A stretch of 64,000 nt of DNA from Bacillota bacterium (GCA_028719885.1 JAQYLT010000012.1:26702-90701), one strand, 5' to 3'. Counted from the stretch's first letter, positions 34,251-43,214 are shown. The notes: generated from the sequence alone by a model not told the origin. Made by a program: numbers and translations.

Positions 34251-34595
34251 ATGCATGAGCTTGGCGTTGTATTTCATATTGCCGACAGCGTGGTAAAGGT
34301 GGCAGAAGAAAACCGGGCACGGAAGGTGCATACGGTCACGCTGGAGATCGGTGAGGTTTCCACCATCATCCCGGACTACCTGATCGATGTGTGGAACTGG
34401 AACTGCAAGCGGGTCCCACTGCTGGAGGGCTGCACGCTGAACGTGGAGCAGATCCATGCCGTTACCCACTGTGACAGCTGCGGCAGGGATTACGACACGG
34501 TGCCCCAGGGTAAGATCTGCCCCCACTGCGGCAGCGGCCAAACCTGGCTGCTCACAGGAAACGAAGTGAACATCAAGGACATCACCATTGAATGA
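34251..34595 (+). CDS. hypA: nickel metallochaperone HypA
   Basis: 114 aa. N-terminal MHE nickel site and a zinc site CDSCG...CPHCG. Starts 3 nt after the upstream stop. Confidence 0.88.
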   Translation: MHELGVVFHIADSVVKVAEENRARKVHTVTLEIGEVSTIIPDYLIDVWNWNCKRVPLLEGCTLNVEQIHAVTHCDSCGRDYDTVPQGKICPHCGSGQTWLLTGNEVNIKDITIE

Positions 34596-34601
34596 TACGC
34601 T

Positions 34602-34628
34602 GAAAGGCCCCATTATTGGGGCCTTTCC
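34602..34628 (+). terminator. terminator hairpin after hypA
   Basis: AAAGGCCCC ATTATT GGGGCCTTT. Confidence 0.6.
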
Positions 34629-34695
34629 ATAGTTTGCCCACCAGCGTCTTTGCGCTGGTGGGCAAAGTCTGCGTGAAATCGGGATCTCCTCTCGT

Positions 34696-35100
34696 TCAAT
34701 CCATCTTTTTCAGCGATTCTTTCAGGGCTATGATCTTTTCTTTGATTCGGGCGATGACTTCTCTGAATTCGGAGTCGGATTTCCCGGTGGGGTCCTCCAG
34801 GCCCCAGTTGTCGTCGAAGGCTCTGCCAATGAAGGGGCAGCCTACGTTGCAGCCCATGGAGATGGCGATGTCGGGCGCCGGGATTTGGGAAATCAGCTTG
34901 GAATACTGGGTCTTTTCCATATCGATGCCGTAAAGCGCCTTCATCAGCCGCACCGCGTCCGGGTTGATGCGGGGCTTTGTTTCCGTTCCGGCGGAATAGC
35001 TTTCAAACACATCGGAAGCAAGGTGCTTTCCCAGCGCCTCGGCGATCTGGCTACGGCAGGAATTGTGAACACAAATGAAGGCTACCTTCTTCTTATCCAT
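34696..35100 (-). CDS. arsC: arsenate reductase, LMW-PTP (thioredoxin-coupled) family
   Basis: 134 aa counted from the ATG at 35100. Shows CVHNSCRSQ (the CX5R P-loop) and a downstream Cys pair GCNVGCP. Confidence 0.8.
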   Translation of the reverse strand: MDKKKVAFICVHNSCRSQIAEALGKHLASDVFESYSAGTETKPRINPDAVRLMKALYGIDMEKTQYSKLISQIPAPDIAISMGCNVGCPFIGRAFDDNWGLEDPTGKSDSEFREVIARIKEKIIALKESLKKMD

Positions 35101-35647
35101 GGAAGGGGCACCTCTTTCCGATACACTGGGCATTTTGGGAGGAATAAGTACATAGGGGCTCCTCCTGCTCCAATGTGACGGGATAGTTCTCGTTCACATA
35201 GGCGACCGCCTGCCGGAATGCCAGCAGGGCATCCCGCTTGCAGCATCTGGGGCCGTTGATTTTCCCCAGCTCCGCCACTGCCCCGGAGGTGAATTTCATG
35301 TGGTCGCCCCAGGTCCCGTCCCCGGACAGGGGACCGGTGCCGTCGATGATGGCCAGCGCCGCCCCCATGGAGGTGACGGCTCCGCAAACGCCCCACAGGC
35401 CGCACATGGCTCCTGGCATCCGAAGCCCCTCCGCCTTCAGCCGTTCCAGCGCGGCCTCCAGGTCGAGCTCGCCTCCCGCATTGCGGTAGGCCACCAGCAG
35501 GCTGGCCCCATCCAGAATGTGATGCTCCGGGCCGTGAATGGACATATACTCCTTTTGCGCAATGTTATGGAAGATCCGAACCGGGTTTGTTCCCGTCTCC
35601 TGCCGGATGTCCTGGATGATCCGTTCCGCTTTTTCCGCGACTGTCAT
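35093..35647 (-). CDS. Cys-rich protein (DUF5714-like / C_GCAxxG_C_C-like), function unknown
   Basis: 184 aa counted from the ATG at 35647, which follows GGAGGAAC. Motifs GAMCGLWGVCGAV, GPRCCKRD and C-terminal CIGKRCPFHG. Overlaps the arsC start by 8 nt. Confidence 0.6.
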   Translation of the reverse strand: MTVAEKAERIIQDIRQETGTNPVRIFHNIAQKEYMSIHGPEHHILDGASLLVAYRNAGGELDLEAALERLKAEGLRMPGAMCGLWGVCGAVTSMGAALAIIDGTGPLSGDGTWGDHMKFTSGAVAELGKINGPRCCKRDALLAFRQAVAYVNENYPVTLEQEEPLCTYSSQNAQCIGKRCPFHG

Positions 35648-35852
35648 TTTTGTTCCTCCGTTTTGAAATAAGTATGAAGGATCCCTGTCGATTCCCTCAG
35701 CACCTGGCGGTTCAGAGCGCGGCAATGCCATTTTTCCTCGGATCCGCTTCCGGACCTTTTTCCACGGGGCGCTTCCTGTGGCGGGGTGGAGTGGGGGGAA
35801 ACATCAAACCGCGATTTGCCACCAGGGACTGTGCCGGGAAGCGCAATGTTCT

Positions 35853-36067
35853 CAGATAAGTTACCTGATTTGATACCATGTCAAATCAGGTAATTTCATT
35901 TTTATGGCAAGAGAAAGTTGGAATTATCCAAGAAAATGAGGGTAATTCCAACTTTTCCGTTTTATAGCACCAGAACGATTGAACCAATATATCCTCCTAC
36001 GCAGGAAAAATGCCAAACCTGACAGTCCTATCGTTCATTTATGGGCTATCGTTCAGGCAATCAAAAC
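35853..36067 (+). repeat. direct repeat copy 2 (~215 bp)
   Basis: Aligns with 23749-23964. There are about 7 mismatches/indels in the first ~127 nt, then a diverged ~50-nt middle, then a conserved TCCTATCGTTCA..GGGCTATCGTTCAGG.AATCAAAAC end. Confidence 0.9.
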
Positions 36068-36358
36068 GGCCGGAGGAAGTATATCCTTTCCCGCATACAA
36101 AGGAGGATGTTTACGGCTCACACATCAAGCCGGTTGTAGGCTTCGCAGCAGTCCAGGCAGACCTTTTTGCCGCCCATGATGCGAATCCAGTTTGCACCGA
36201 TGCTTTCGCCGCAGCATTCGCAGGTGTAGGAATCGAACAGCTTTGCCTTCACAACCCGGGTAGGGGGATAAATTGAGTGAACAGTGAAAAACGGTTACTT
36301 CGCTATTCACTTTTCACGCATTTTATCCCCCCGGGGGGCTTAAAAGGCGAAAGGATAT

Positions 36359-37300
36359 GTGATAGAATACTTTCAGAAAAAGAGAGAAGGTGGCACTACG
36401 GTTCTGAACTATGACAGCGGGACGATTTCCGCGAAGCTGGAGCAATCCGAAAAAGAACTGGTCAGCGGTGTCCGGTTCTCCATGGAAGAAGGAAGGAGTC
36501 TTGCGCTGATCGGGGAGACCGGTTCCGGCAAGACGATGATTGCCCGCTCCATCATGGGGCTGCTGCCGGGAAATGTCCAAATGAAGGATGGGAAGATTCT
36601 GTTCTGCGGTGACGAATTGACAGGCCGCTCTGCCCGGAAGCTCCTTGGGGATCGGATTGTCTACATCCCCCAGAACGGTCTGGAATCGCTGAACCCTTCC
36701 CGAAAAATCCGGCACCACCTGTATGACAATCTGAAAAAGATCGGCATTCCCCGCGCAGAGCTGGAACAGGAAGCCCTCTCCAAGCTGGCCTTGGTTGGGT
36801 TCCCGGAGCCGGAGAAGCTTCTGGACAAGTATCCCTTTCAGCTCTCCGGCGGCATGGCCCAGCGGGTGACCATTGCCATCTCCGCCTGTTCCCGGGGGGC
36901 TCTGATGATTGCGGACGAGCCTACCAACGGTCTGGACGACGGGGCTAAGCTGAAATTCATGGAGCTGCTGCAAACGGTTTTCCCCCATGCGGCGAAGCTG
37001 ATGATCACCCACGATATTACTCTGGCGGAATTATGCGACGAAACCCTGGTGCTCTGCGGCGGCAGGATGATGGAAAAGGGGCCGTCCTCCCAGATTCTGC
37101 ACGCACCCAGAAATCAATACACCTGTGCGCTCATTCTGTCTCTGATCAAAAACGGGATGCGGGAAACGCCGGTTTTGCACTCCGAAACCGGGGAATGCCC
37201 CTTTTTCCGCCGATGCCAGGCTGCTAGACCCAGCTGCCGGGTAAACGTAGAGCATCATCAGTCTGGGCAGAGAGAATGGTGGTGCAATCATTTGATATGA
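36359..37300 (+). CDS. ABC transporter ATP-binding protein (Opp/Dpp/Nik D-type)
   Basis: Walker A GETGSGKT, signature LSGGMAQR, and a C-terminal oligopeptide-type extension. Starts with GTG. Confidence 0.85.
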   Translation: MIEYFQKKREGGTTVLNYDSGTISAKLEQSEKELVSGVRFSMEEGRSLALIGETGSGKTMIARSIMGLLPGNVQMKDGKILFCGDELTGRSARKLLGDRIVYIPQNGLESLNPSRKIRHHLYDNLKKIGIPRAELEQEALSKLALVGFPEPEKLLDKYPFQLSGGMAQRVTIAISACSRGALMIADEPTNGLDDGAKLKFMELLQTVFPHAAKLMITHDITLAELCDETLVLCGGRMMEKGPSSQILHAPRNQYTCALILSLIKNGMRETPVLHSETGECPFFRRCQAARPSCRVNVEHHQSGQREWWCNHLI

Positions 37301-37971
37301 TTCGGATAGAGCACTTGCAAAAACGTTTTGGCGGCAGGCTGATTTTTGATGATCTGAATATGGAGATCGCCCCGGGGCAGATCGTGGGCCTCTACGGTGC
37401 CAGCGGCATCGGCAAATCCACCCTGGCAAAGCTTCTCTGCGGCGTGCTGAAGCCGGATTCCGGCAGCGTGTATCTGGACGACAGGCTCCTTTATTCTGCG
37501 GACACGCCCTATGACCGGAAGCGGGGCATCCAGATTCAGATGGTCTATCAGCAGCCCTATTCCTCCCTGGACGGCAGCCAGAAGCTGGGAAACGGCTTCC
37601 GGGAGCTGATTCGATACCACGCTCTGGCCCCCCGGCGGGAGGAAACCCGGCGAATCAACGACACACTGGCACAGGTGGGACTGGAGCCGGGCATTTTGGA
37701 GCATCTTCCTCACCAGATTTCCGGCGGAGAAGCCCAGCGGGTTGCCATTGCCCGATGCCTGCTGTTCCAGCCCAGACTGCTGATTCTGGATGAAGCCACC
37801 TCCATGCTGGATGTGTCCACCCAGGCCAACGTCATCGCCCTGGTGAAGCGGGTGATGCTTGACCGGGGCGGCAGCGTCCTGCTCATCAGCCATGACCGGG
37901 AGCTGGTGAATTACCTGTGTCATCAAATATATTTATTTGATCAATTTGTTGCAAAGGAGAAAGAGCGATGA
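37297..37971 (+). CDS. ABC transporter ATP-binding protein (Opp/Dpp/Nik F/E-type)
   Basis: Walker A GASGIGKST, signature ISGGEAQR. ATGA overlap with the upstream gene. Confidence 0.85.
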   Translation: MIRIEHLQKRFGGRLIFDDLNMEIAPGQIVGLYGASGIGKSTLAKLLCGVLKPDSGSVYLDDRLLYSADTPYDRKRGIQIQMVYQQPYSSLDGSQKLGNGFRELIRYHALAPRREETRRINDTLAQVGLEPGILEHLPHQISGGEAQRVAIARCLLFQPRLLILDEATSMLDVSTQANVIALVKRVMLDRGGSVLLISHDRELVNYLCHQIYLFDQFVAKEKER

Positions 37972-39578
37972 AAAAACTGTTTTCCGTCCTGATGGTTCTG
38001 GCACTGTCGATTTCCCTGCTGGCAGTCACAGCAGGCGCCGCTCCCATCGAAAAGGTCACCATCGGCACCACCTCTGTCATTGAGGTTGCCGACAGCAGCG
38101 AGTACGCCTACGAAATGCTGTCCAGCGGTGTCAGCGCCATGCCCCTGGTCTGCCAGGACACCACTGGCGGCTATCATCCGTTGCTTGCCACCTACGAAAC
38201 CCAGGATGCCCAGACCTGGGTCTACACCATTGTGGAAGGAATGCACTGGTGTGACGGCGAAAAGGTGACCGCCGAGGACATTCTGTTCACTTTGGAATAC
38301 GATGATGCTCACGGCAGCGCCAACCTGATTGACCAGACCGATTCCGAGGGCAAGACCACCGCTGCCAAATATTCCGGTTACGAGCTGTCCGAGGACGGCA
38401 TGAGCATCTCCCTGACCCTGGCCAAGGCAAACGTCCGGGAGCTGAGCAACATGACCTCCTTCCGGGTGGTGCCCAAGCACATTCTGGAGGGCAAGGACGA
38501 ACCAACCAGTGATGATCTGCGCATCGGCTGCGGCCCCTATATGTTCGACTCCTTCAACAAGGATGCAGGCACCATTTCCTTTGTGGTGAATCCCCATTAT
38601 CCCACCGCCCCCAACGTGGATACCATTGTATACCAGCTGTTCAGCAACGAGGACACCATGTACATGGCTCTGCAAATGGGCGACATCGACTTCACCTGGA
38701 ATTACTCCATGGGCGTTCCCGCCACCTATCAGGACATTCTGGCAGCCTCCGAGAATGTGACCCTGGAAAGCGTTTCCGCCGCCAACGAGCCCGCAGTTCT
38801 GGCCTTCAACAACGCCAAGGGCCCCTTCGCGGACGAGAATCTGCGTAAAGCTGTTTCCTATGCCCTGGACTATGAAGCCTTCAAGACCTACTTTGGCAGT
38901 GCCTTTGCCGAAATCCCCAACACCGGCTTTGTCCCCACCTCCACCATTGGCTTCAAGGAAACCGATAAGCTGACCACCGATACCGAAAAGGCTGCCGAAT
39001 ACATGGCTGCTGCCGGTTACACCGAGAAGAACGCTGACGGCTTCTATGTGGATGCCCAAGGGAATGTGGCTTCCTTCGCGCTGACGGTCAATGCGGGAAA
39101 GACCGCCCATGTGGGCTACGCCGAGCTGGTGAAGACCCAGCTGGAGCAGTTCGGAATTCAGGTTACGCTGGATGCTCTGGACGGTGACTCCTACAACGCG
39201 AAAACCAGCAACAAGTTCTCCGAGAACAACATCACCATGGAGGCCGCTATCTATGGCTACACCGTGGCCGGTATGGGTATGATGAATGGCCTGGGCTCTA
39301 TTTATGTAAGCGGCAATCATCCCGTTCAGGGCGGCTGCCAGGTCTTTGATGAGGAATTCCAGGGGATTCTTTCTGAAATGAGCGCCGCCGCCAATGTGGA
39401 GGAATACACCGCCGCCGCCGGAAAGCTCCAGGACTTCTATGCCCAGCACACGCCCCTGCTGGCTCTGTACTGGGACAACATGGTTCATGCCCACGCTGCC
39501 CGCTTTGAAAACATCACCATTGACTACACCTTTGGCATCAACAATGTAAACAACTGGTTTACCATTTCCGAAAAGTAA
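37968..39578 (+). CDS. ABC substrate-binding protein, family 5 (peptide/nickel/opine type), secreted
   Basis: 536 aa with a signal peptide (MKKLFSVLMVLALSISLLAVTAGA) and an SBP_bac_5-like core. Confidence 0.8.
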   Translation: MKKLFSVLMVLALSISLLAVTAGAAPIEKVTIGTTSVIEVADSSEYAYEMLSSGVSAMPLVCQDTTGGYHPLLATYETQDAQTWVYTIVEGMHWCDGEKVTAEDILFTLEYDDAHGSANLIDQTDSEGKTTAAKYSGYELSEDGMSISLTLAKANVRELSNMTSFRVVPKHILEGKDEPTSDDLRIGCGPYMFDSFNKDAGTISFVVNPHYPTAPNVDTIVYQLFSNEDTMYMALQMGDIDFTWNYSMGVPATYQDILAASENVTLESVSAANEPAVLAFNNAKGPFADENLRKAVSYALDYEAFKTYFGSAFAEIPNTGFVPTSTIGFKETDKLTTDTEKAAEYMAAAGYTEKNADGFYVDAQGNVASFALTVNAGKTAHVGYAELVKTQLEQFGIQVTLDALDGDSYNAKTSNKFSENNITMEAAIYGYTVAGMGMMNGLGSIYVSGNHPVQGGCQVFDEEFQGILSEMSAAANVEEYTAAAGKLQDFYAQHTPLLALYWDNMVHAHAARFENITIDYTFGINNVNNWFTISEK

Positions 39579-39649
39579 GAAATCTATCCCATAGCGAGGC
39601 CGGCCTTCGGGCTGGTCTCGCTATGGCAGTCTTTTAAGGAGGGACATCC

Positions 39650-40624
39650 TTGAAGCAATACTCAAAAAATATCCTTGTGGCTTTGGTGTGCTTCCTGATT
39701 GTGATTGTGCTGAATTTCCTGCTGCCCAGGCTGTTGCCGGGAAATCCCATCGCCTATCTCACCGGCTTTTCCGAGGAGGATATGACCGTCGCCCAGCAGG
39801 AATTTTACGAAAACGCCCTGCATCTGAAGGAAAGCGGCTTCGTCCAGTTCGGGTTCTATCTGCGCTCCCTGTTGGACGGCACCCTGGGCTATTCCTACAA
39901 AAAGAACGCCGTGGTTTCCGCTCTGATTCTGGAAAGGCTGGGCATAACCCTGCAAATCACACTGCCCAGCGTACTGCTCTCCACCGTCCTGGGCCTTGTG
40001 TGGGGGCTCCACAATGGCTATCAAAAGGACAGCCTTTCGGATCGGCTGTCCACCTCCGCCATGATTGTGGTGAACACCATCCCAACCTTTCTGATCGGAC
40101 TGGTGCTGATTATTCTGTTTTGCTTCCGGGTACGCTGGCTGCCCTATACGGGCCTCAGCTCCAGCCATCCTGGAACGGGCCCTGCGTGGCTCCTTGACCG
40201 GCTGAAGCATCTCTTTCTGCCGGTGCTGACCCTGACAATTGCCACAACCCCCTCCCGGTATCTGCTGATGCGCAACACCGCCAGCCGGGTTGCGGATGAA
40301 AAATACATCCTCTACGCCAAGGAACGGGGACTGTCTGACCATACCATCAAATACCATTACCTTCTGAAAAACATCGCCCAGCCCTTCATCACCATGGTGG
40401 GCATGAGCGTCAGTACCTGCGTGGGGGGTTCTTTGATTATCGAGAATATCTTCTCCATCAACGGCATGGGCAAGCTGCTCACCGATGCGGTGTACACCCT
40501 GGACTATCCGCTGATGCAGGGCATCCTGTTTGTGACCACGCTGATTATGGTCATTTCCATCGTGGTGACGGATTTCATCTGCATTGCCATCGACCCGAAA
40601 GTGAGGCTGCGCCATGAGAAATAG
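39650..40624 (+). CDS. ABC permease (DppB/NikB-type)
   Basis: 324 aa, multi-TM, with an EAA-like loop. Starts with TTG. Confidence 0.8.
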   Translation: MKQYSKNILVALVCFLIVIVLNFLLPRLLPGNPIAYLTGFSEEDMTVAQQEFYENALHLKESGFVQFGFYLRSLLDGTLGYSYKKNAVVSALILERLGITLQITLPSVLLSTVLGLVWGLHNGYQKDSLSDRLSTSAMIVVNTIPTFLIGLVLIILFCFRVRWLPYTGLSSSHPGTGPAWLLDRLKHLFLPVLTLTIATTPSRYLLMRNTASRVADEKYILYAKERGLSDHTIKYHYLLKNIAQPFITMVGMSVSTCVGGSLIIENIFSINGMGKLLTDAVYTLDYPLMQGILFVTTLIMVISIVVTDFICIAIDPKVRLRHEK

Positions 40625-41426
40625 ACGGCTGCTTCCTCTGATTCTGGGCTGCCTGCTCCTGTCCCTTTTCCTGCTGATGGCGCTTTTCCCCCAGCTGTTC
40701 ACCCCCTATGGGGTGAAGCAGATGTTCGCCCCCTGGCAGACATGCACCGGGGAGCATCTATTGGGAACCAACGCATTGGGCTATGACATCTTCACTGAGC
40801 TGGTCTACGGCACCCGGGAAACGCTGTTCATCGGACTGATGAGCAGCCTGCTGACCATGCTCCTGGGCACGGCCATCGGCACGGCGGCTGCCTGCCGGGG
40901 CTTTGTTGGCCATTTCTTCAACGGCCTGATTAACATTTTCGTCCTGCTGCCCCGGCTGATTACGCTGATTGTGCTGGCCTCCTTTGTGGGAAGCTCCCAG
41001 TGGAATCTAATTTGGCTGATCTGCGCCTTCAGTTGGGTGGGCATCGCCAGAAATGTCCGCTCCAAGGTGATGCATCTGAATGAGCAAACCTTCATTGAGA
41101 ATTGCATCATCCAGGGCTATGACCGGGTGCATATCGCAGTGCACCACATCCTCCCCAATCTCTATGATGTGCTGATCTCCCGGTTCCTGCTGGGGGTGAA
41201 CAGCTGCATCATGATGGAATCCACCCTGAGCTTTTTGGGCTTTGGTGACCTGTACCACCCCACCTGGGGAACGATGATTAACTTTGCTTACAAACGGGGG
41301 GCCTTTATCCGGCAGGCCTATTCCTATCTGCTGACGCCGGGCATCTGCATCATGCTGCTGTCGCTGTCATTCTTCTTCCTCAGCCTCTATTTCGAGGGCA
41401 GGAGGGACACCATTTCGGAGGGATAA
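40614..41426 (+). CDS. ABC permease (DppC/NikC-type)
   Basis: 270 aa, multi-TM, overlapping the upstream gene. Confidence 0.8.
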   Translation: MRNRRLLPLILGCLLLSLFLLMALFPQLFTPYGVKQMFAPWQTCTGEHLLGTNALGYDIFTELVYGTRETLFIGLMSSLLTMLLGTAIGTAAACRGFVGHFFNGLINIFVLLPRLITLIVLASFVGSSQWNLIWLICAFSWVGIARNVRSKVMHLNEQTFIENCIIQGYDRVHIAVHHILPNLYDVLISRFLLGVNSCIMMESTLSFLGFGDLYHPTWGTMINFAYKRGAFIRQAYSYLLTPGICIMLLSLSFFFLSLYFEGRRDTISEG

Positions 41427-41427
41427 T

Positions 41428-42180
41428 ATGGAGCCTTTCTTTTCTGAATTTCACGCTTCCGCCGCCAGCCAGCTGAATGGGAAGCCCTGTCAGCTGAGGC
41501 AGAGTGCGGATTCCTTCGATGGCTGGATGAAGCTGGGAAAATCTCTCAGTCACGAGCTGCGCTATCTGGAAGCCATTGAAGCCTATTCCCATGCCATCCT
41601 TTTGGAGTCCAACCGCATGGACGCCCTCCGGCAGCGGGGAGGAAAGTATCTGGCCACCTTGCAGCCGGAGAAGGCCATGGCGGACTTCGAGCGCTGCCGG
41701 ATGCTGGGGGGCGAAGAAAGCGACCTGAGCTACCGCATGGGACTGTGCTGGTTTTATGCCGGTGTTTACGGCATGGCCATCCGGGAATTCTCCCACTGCT
41801 GGGAGGTCTGCGACGACGAGCTGGGCATCGGGGCAATCTACTGGAGCATGATTGCGTCCTGGCGCAGCGGGAGAGAAGCCAGCCTGCTGCAAAATTACCG
41901 TGATGATATGAATGTGGGCCATCATACTGCCTATGCTTTCGCCGTCCGGGTCGCCCTGGGAAGGATTTCCCTGGAGGATGCCCTCTGGGAGCTGGACATT
42001 CAGCGGGAGGATTTGGAATTTTCCATGATGGCCTACGGTGTCGCCGCCTACTGTGAACACATCGGCGAGAGAGAAACGGCACAGGTCCTCTACCGGGAAA
42101 TTCTGGAGCGGGAGAGCTTCTGGATCAGCTTCGGCTTCCTGGCTGCCTGGAATGACAGAAAGCGGGGCAGACAATGCTGA
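41428..42180 (+). CDS. TPR-like repeat protein, function unknown
   Basis: 250 aa with TPR-like helices (YLEAIEAYSHAILLESNRMDAL...). Starts 1 nt after the permease stop. Confidence 0.55.
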   Translation: MEPFFSEFHASAASQLNGKPCQLRQSADSFDGWMKLGKSLSHELRYLEAIEAYSHAILLESNRMDALRQRGGKYLATLQPEKAMADFERCRMLGGEESDLSYRMGLCWFYAGVYGMAIREFSHCWEVCDDELGIGAIYWSMIASWRSGREASLLQNYRDDMNVGHHTAYAFAVRVALGRISLEDALWELDIQREDLEFSMMAYGVAAYCEHIGERETAQVLYREILERESFWISFGFLAAWNDRKRGRQC

Positions 42181-43007
42181 CGCTGGAGGAAGCCCTGAAA
42201 AACTGGGAGCAAGCCGGTCACCACGGCACCCGGGAGCAGCGGATCGCCCGGGGCAAGAAATGGCTGCCCTACTATGCCTATCTGGCGCAGCGGCAAAAGG
42301 ATGCCCCCTTTTCCCTGCCGGAAAAACCCAATGTCTTTGTTGCAGCCCTGCTGGAAGAAGGAGCAGTTCAGCCCGGAGATACCGTGCTGGACATCGGCGC
42401 AGGGCTAGGCAGCTACGCCCTGGAATTTGCCCGGGTTGGCTGCCGTGTTACTGCCTTGGATGCCAGCCAGGAATGCCTGGATGTTTTGAAAATCCGTGCC
42501 GTCCAATGCGGTTTTGAAATTGAAACCGTTCAATCCACCTGGGAGGAATTCGCACCGAAACAAACCTACGATGTGGCCTTCAGCTCCATGTGTCCGGCCA
42601 TCTGCAATATGGAAGAACTGGAACGGATGGAATCCATCACAAACAAAACCTGCTGCCTGATCACTACAGCCCGGGGCTCCCGGGACAAGCACCGCAAGGC
42701 CATGATGGCCGCACTGGACATCCACCCCCAGGGCGGCATGACCACAGAGGCACTGCACTATCGGAACGCCCTGTCCCTCTCCGGCAGACCCTTCCGGATG
42801 AAAAGCATGTCCACCCATTCCACCCACCGCATCAGCACCGACACAGCCCTGGAGCAGTATCCCATCTATTTCCACATTTTCGGAGTCCCCGAAGAAAAAT
42901 CAATCCCTTTTCTGAAAACCTATCTGGAAGACAATGCGAAAGACGGTTTTCTGGAGGAGGAAAGTCAAATGAATCTGGAGATGCTGTTTTGGAATGTGAA
43001 TAGATGA
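42174..43007 (+). CDS. class I SAM-dependent methyltransferase
   Basis: Motif I VLDIGAGLGSYALEFA with an acidic residue after beta-2 (ALDAS). Overlaps the TPR gene by 7 nt. Confidence 0.75.
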   Translation: MLTLEEALKNWEQAGHHGTREQRIARGKKWLPYYAYLAQRQKDAPFSLPEKPNVFVAALLEEGAVQPGDTVLDIGAGLGSYALEFARVGCRVTALDASQECLDVLKIRAVQCGFEIETVQSTWEEFAPKQTYDVAFSSMCPAICNMEELERMESITNKTCCLITTARGSRDKHRKAMMAALDIHPQGGMTTEALHYRNALSLSGRPFRMKSMSTHSTHRISTDTALEQYPIYFHIFGVPEEKSIPFLKTYLEDNAKDGFLEEESQMNLEMLFWNVNR

Positions 43008-43175
43008 TAAAATGGAGCTTGAAACAGATGCTCTCTCCTCACAGAGTAACAGAAAAAGTGGGGGTGATGCCAATTTAAGCGATTTGCAAAATCGCGCAGC
43101 CGCTGGAATTTTCCAGCGTTTTCAGAACACACTTTCAGTGTTCTGCGGGGATTGGGGCAGCGCCTTAACAAGCAG

Positions 43176-43214
43176 AAAACGCTCATCTCTACCGAAGCGG
43201 AGATGAGCGTTTTT
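43176..43214 (+). terminator. rho-independent terminator of the ABC-TPR-MTase operon
   Basis: AAAACGCTCATCTC / GAGATGAGCGTTTTT. Confidence 0.8.

Noticed and set aside
31341-34613. 1090-aa minus-strand ORF antisense to the 957-aa flavoprotein and hypA (similarly 24854-26881 opposite the reductase, 37941-39494 opposite the SBP, and 7875-9812, 12972-14759, 18364-19866 and 19889-21310 opposite phage genes)
   Set aside because: All are mirror-frame ORFs of strongly supported genes. They have repetitive G/A/V/H-rich translations and no motifs.
35648-35852. Possible NiCo or other metal riboswitch in the leader of the DUF5714-arsC operon
   Set aside because: I could not match it from memory to any riboswitch consensus. 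It is kept only as an unexplained leader within a finding.
36118-36252. 44-aa zinc-ribbon ORF (VKAKLFDSYTCECCGESIG...VCLDCCEAY) on the minus strand just after repeat copy 2
   Set aside because: It has an attractive CxxC...CxxC pattern resembling TraR/DksA fingers. However, it has only a GTG start, no SD, and an in-frame stop 16 codons upstream. It may be a gene remnant and is not reportable as a CDS without comparative support.
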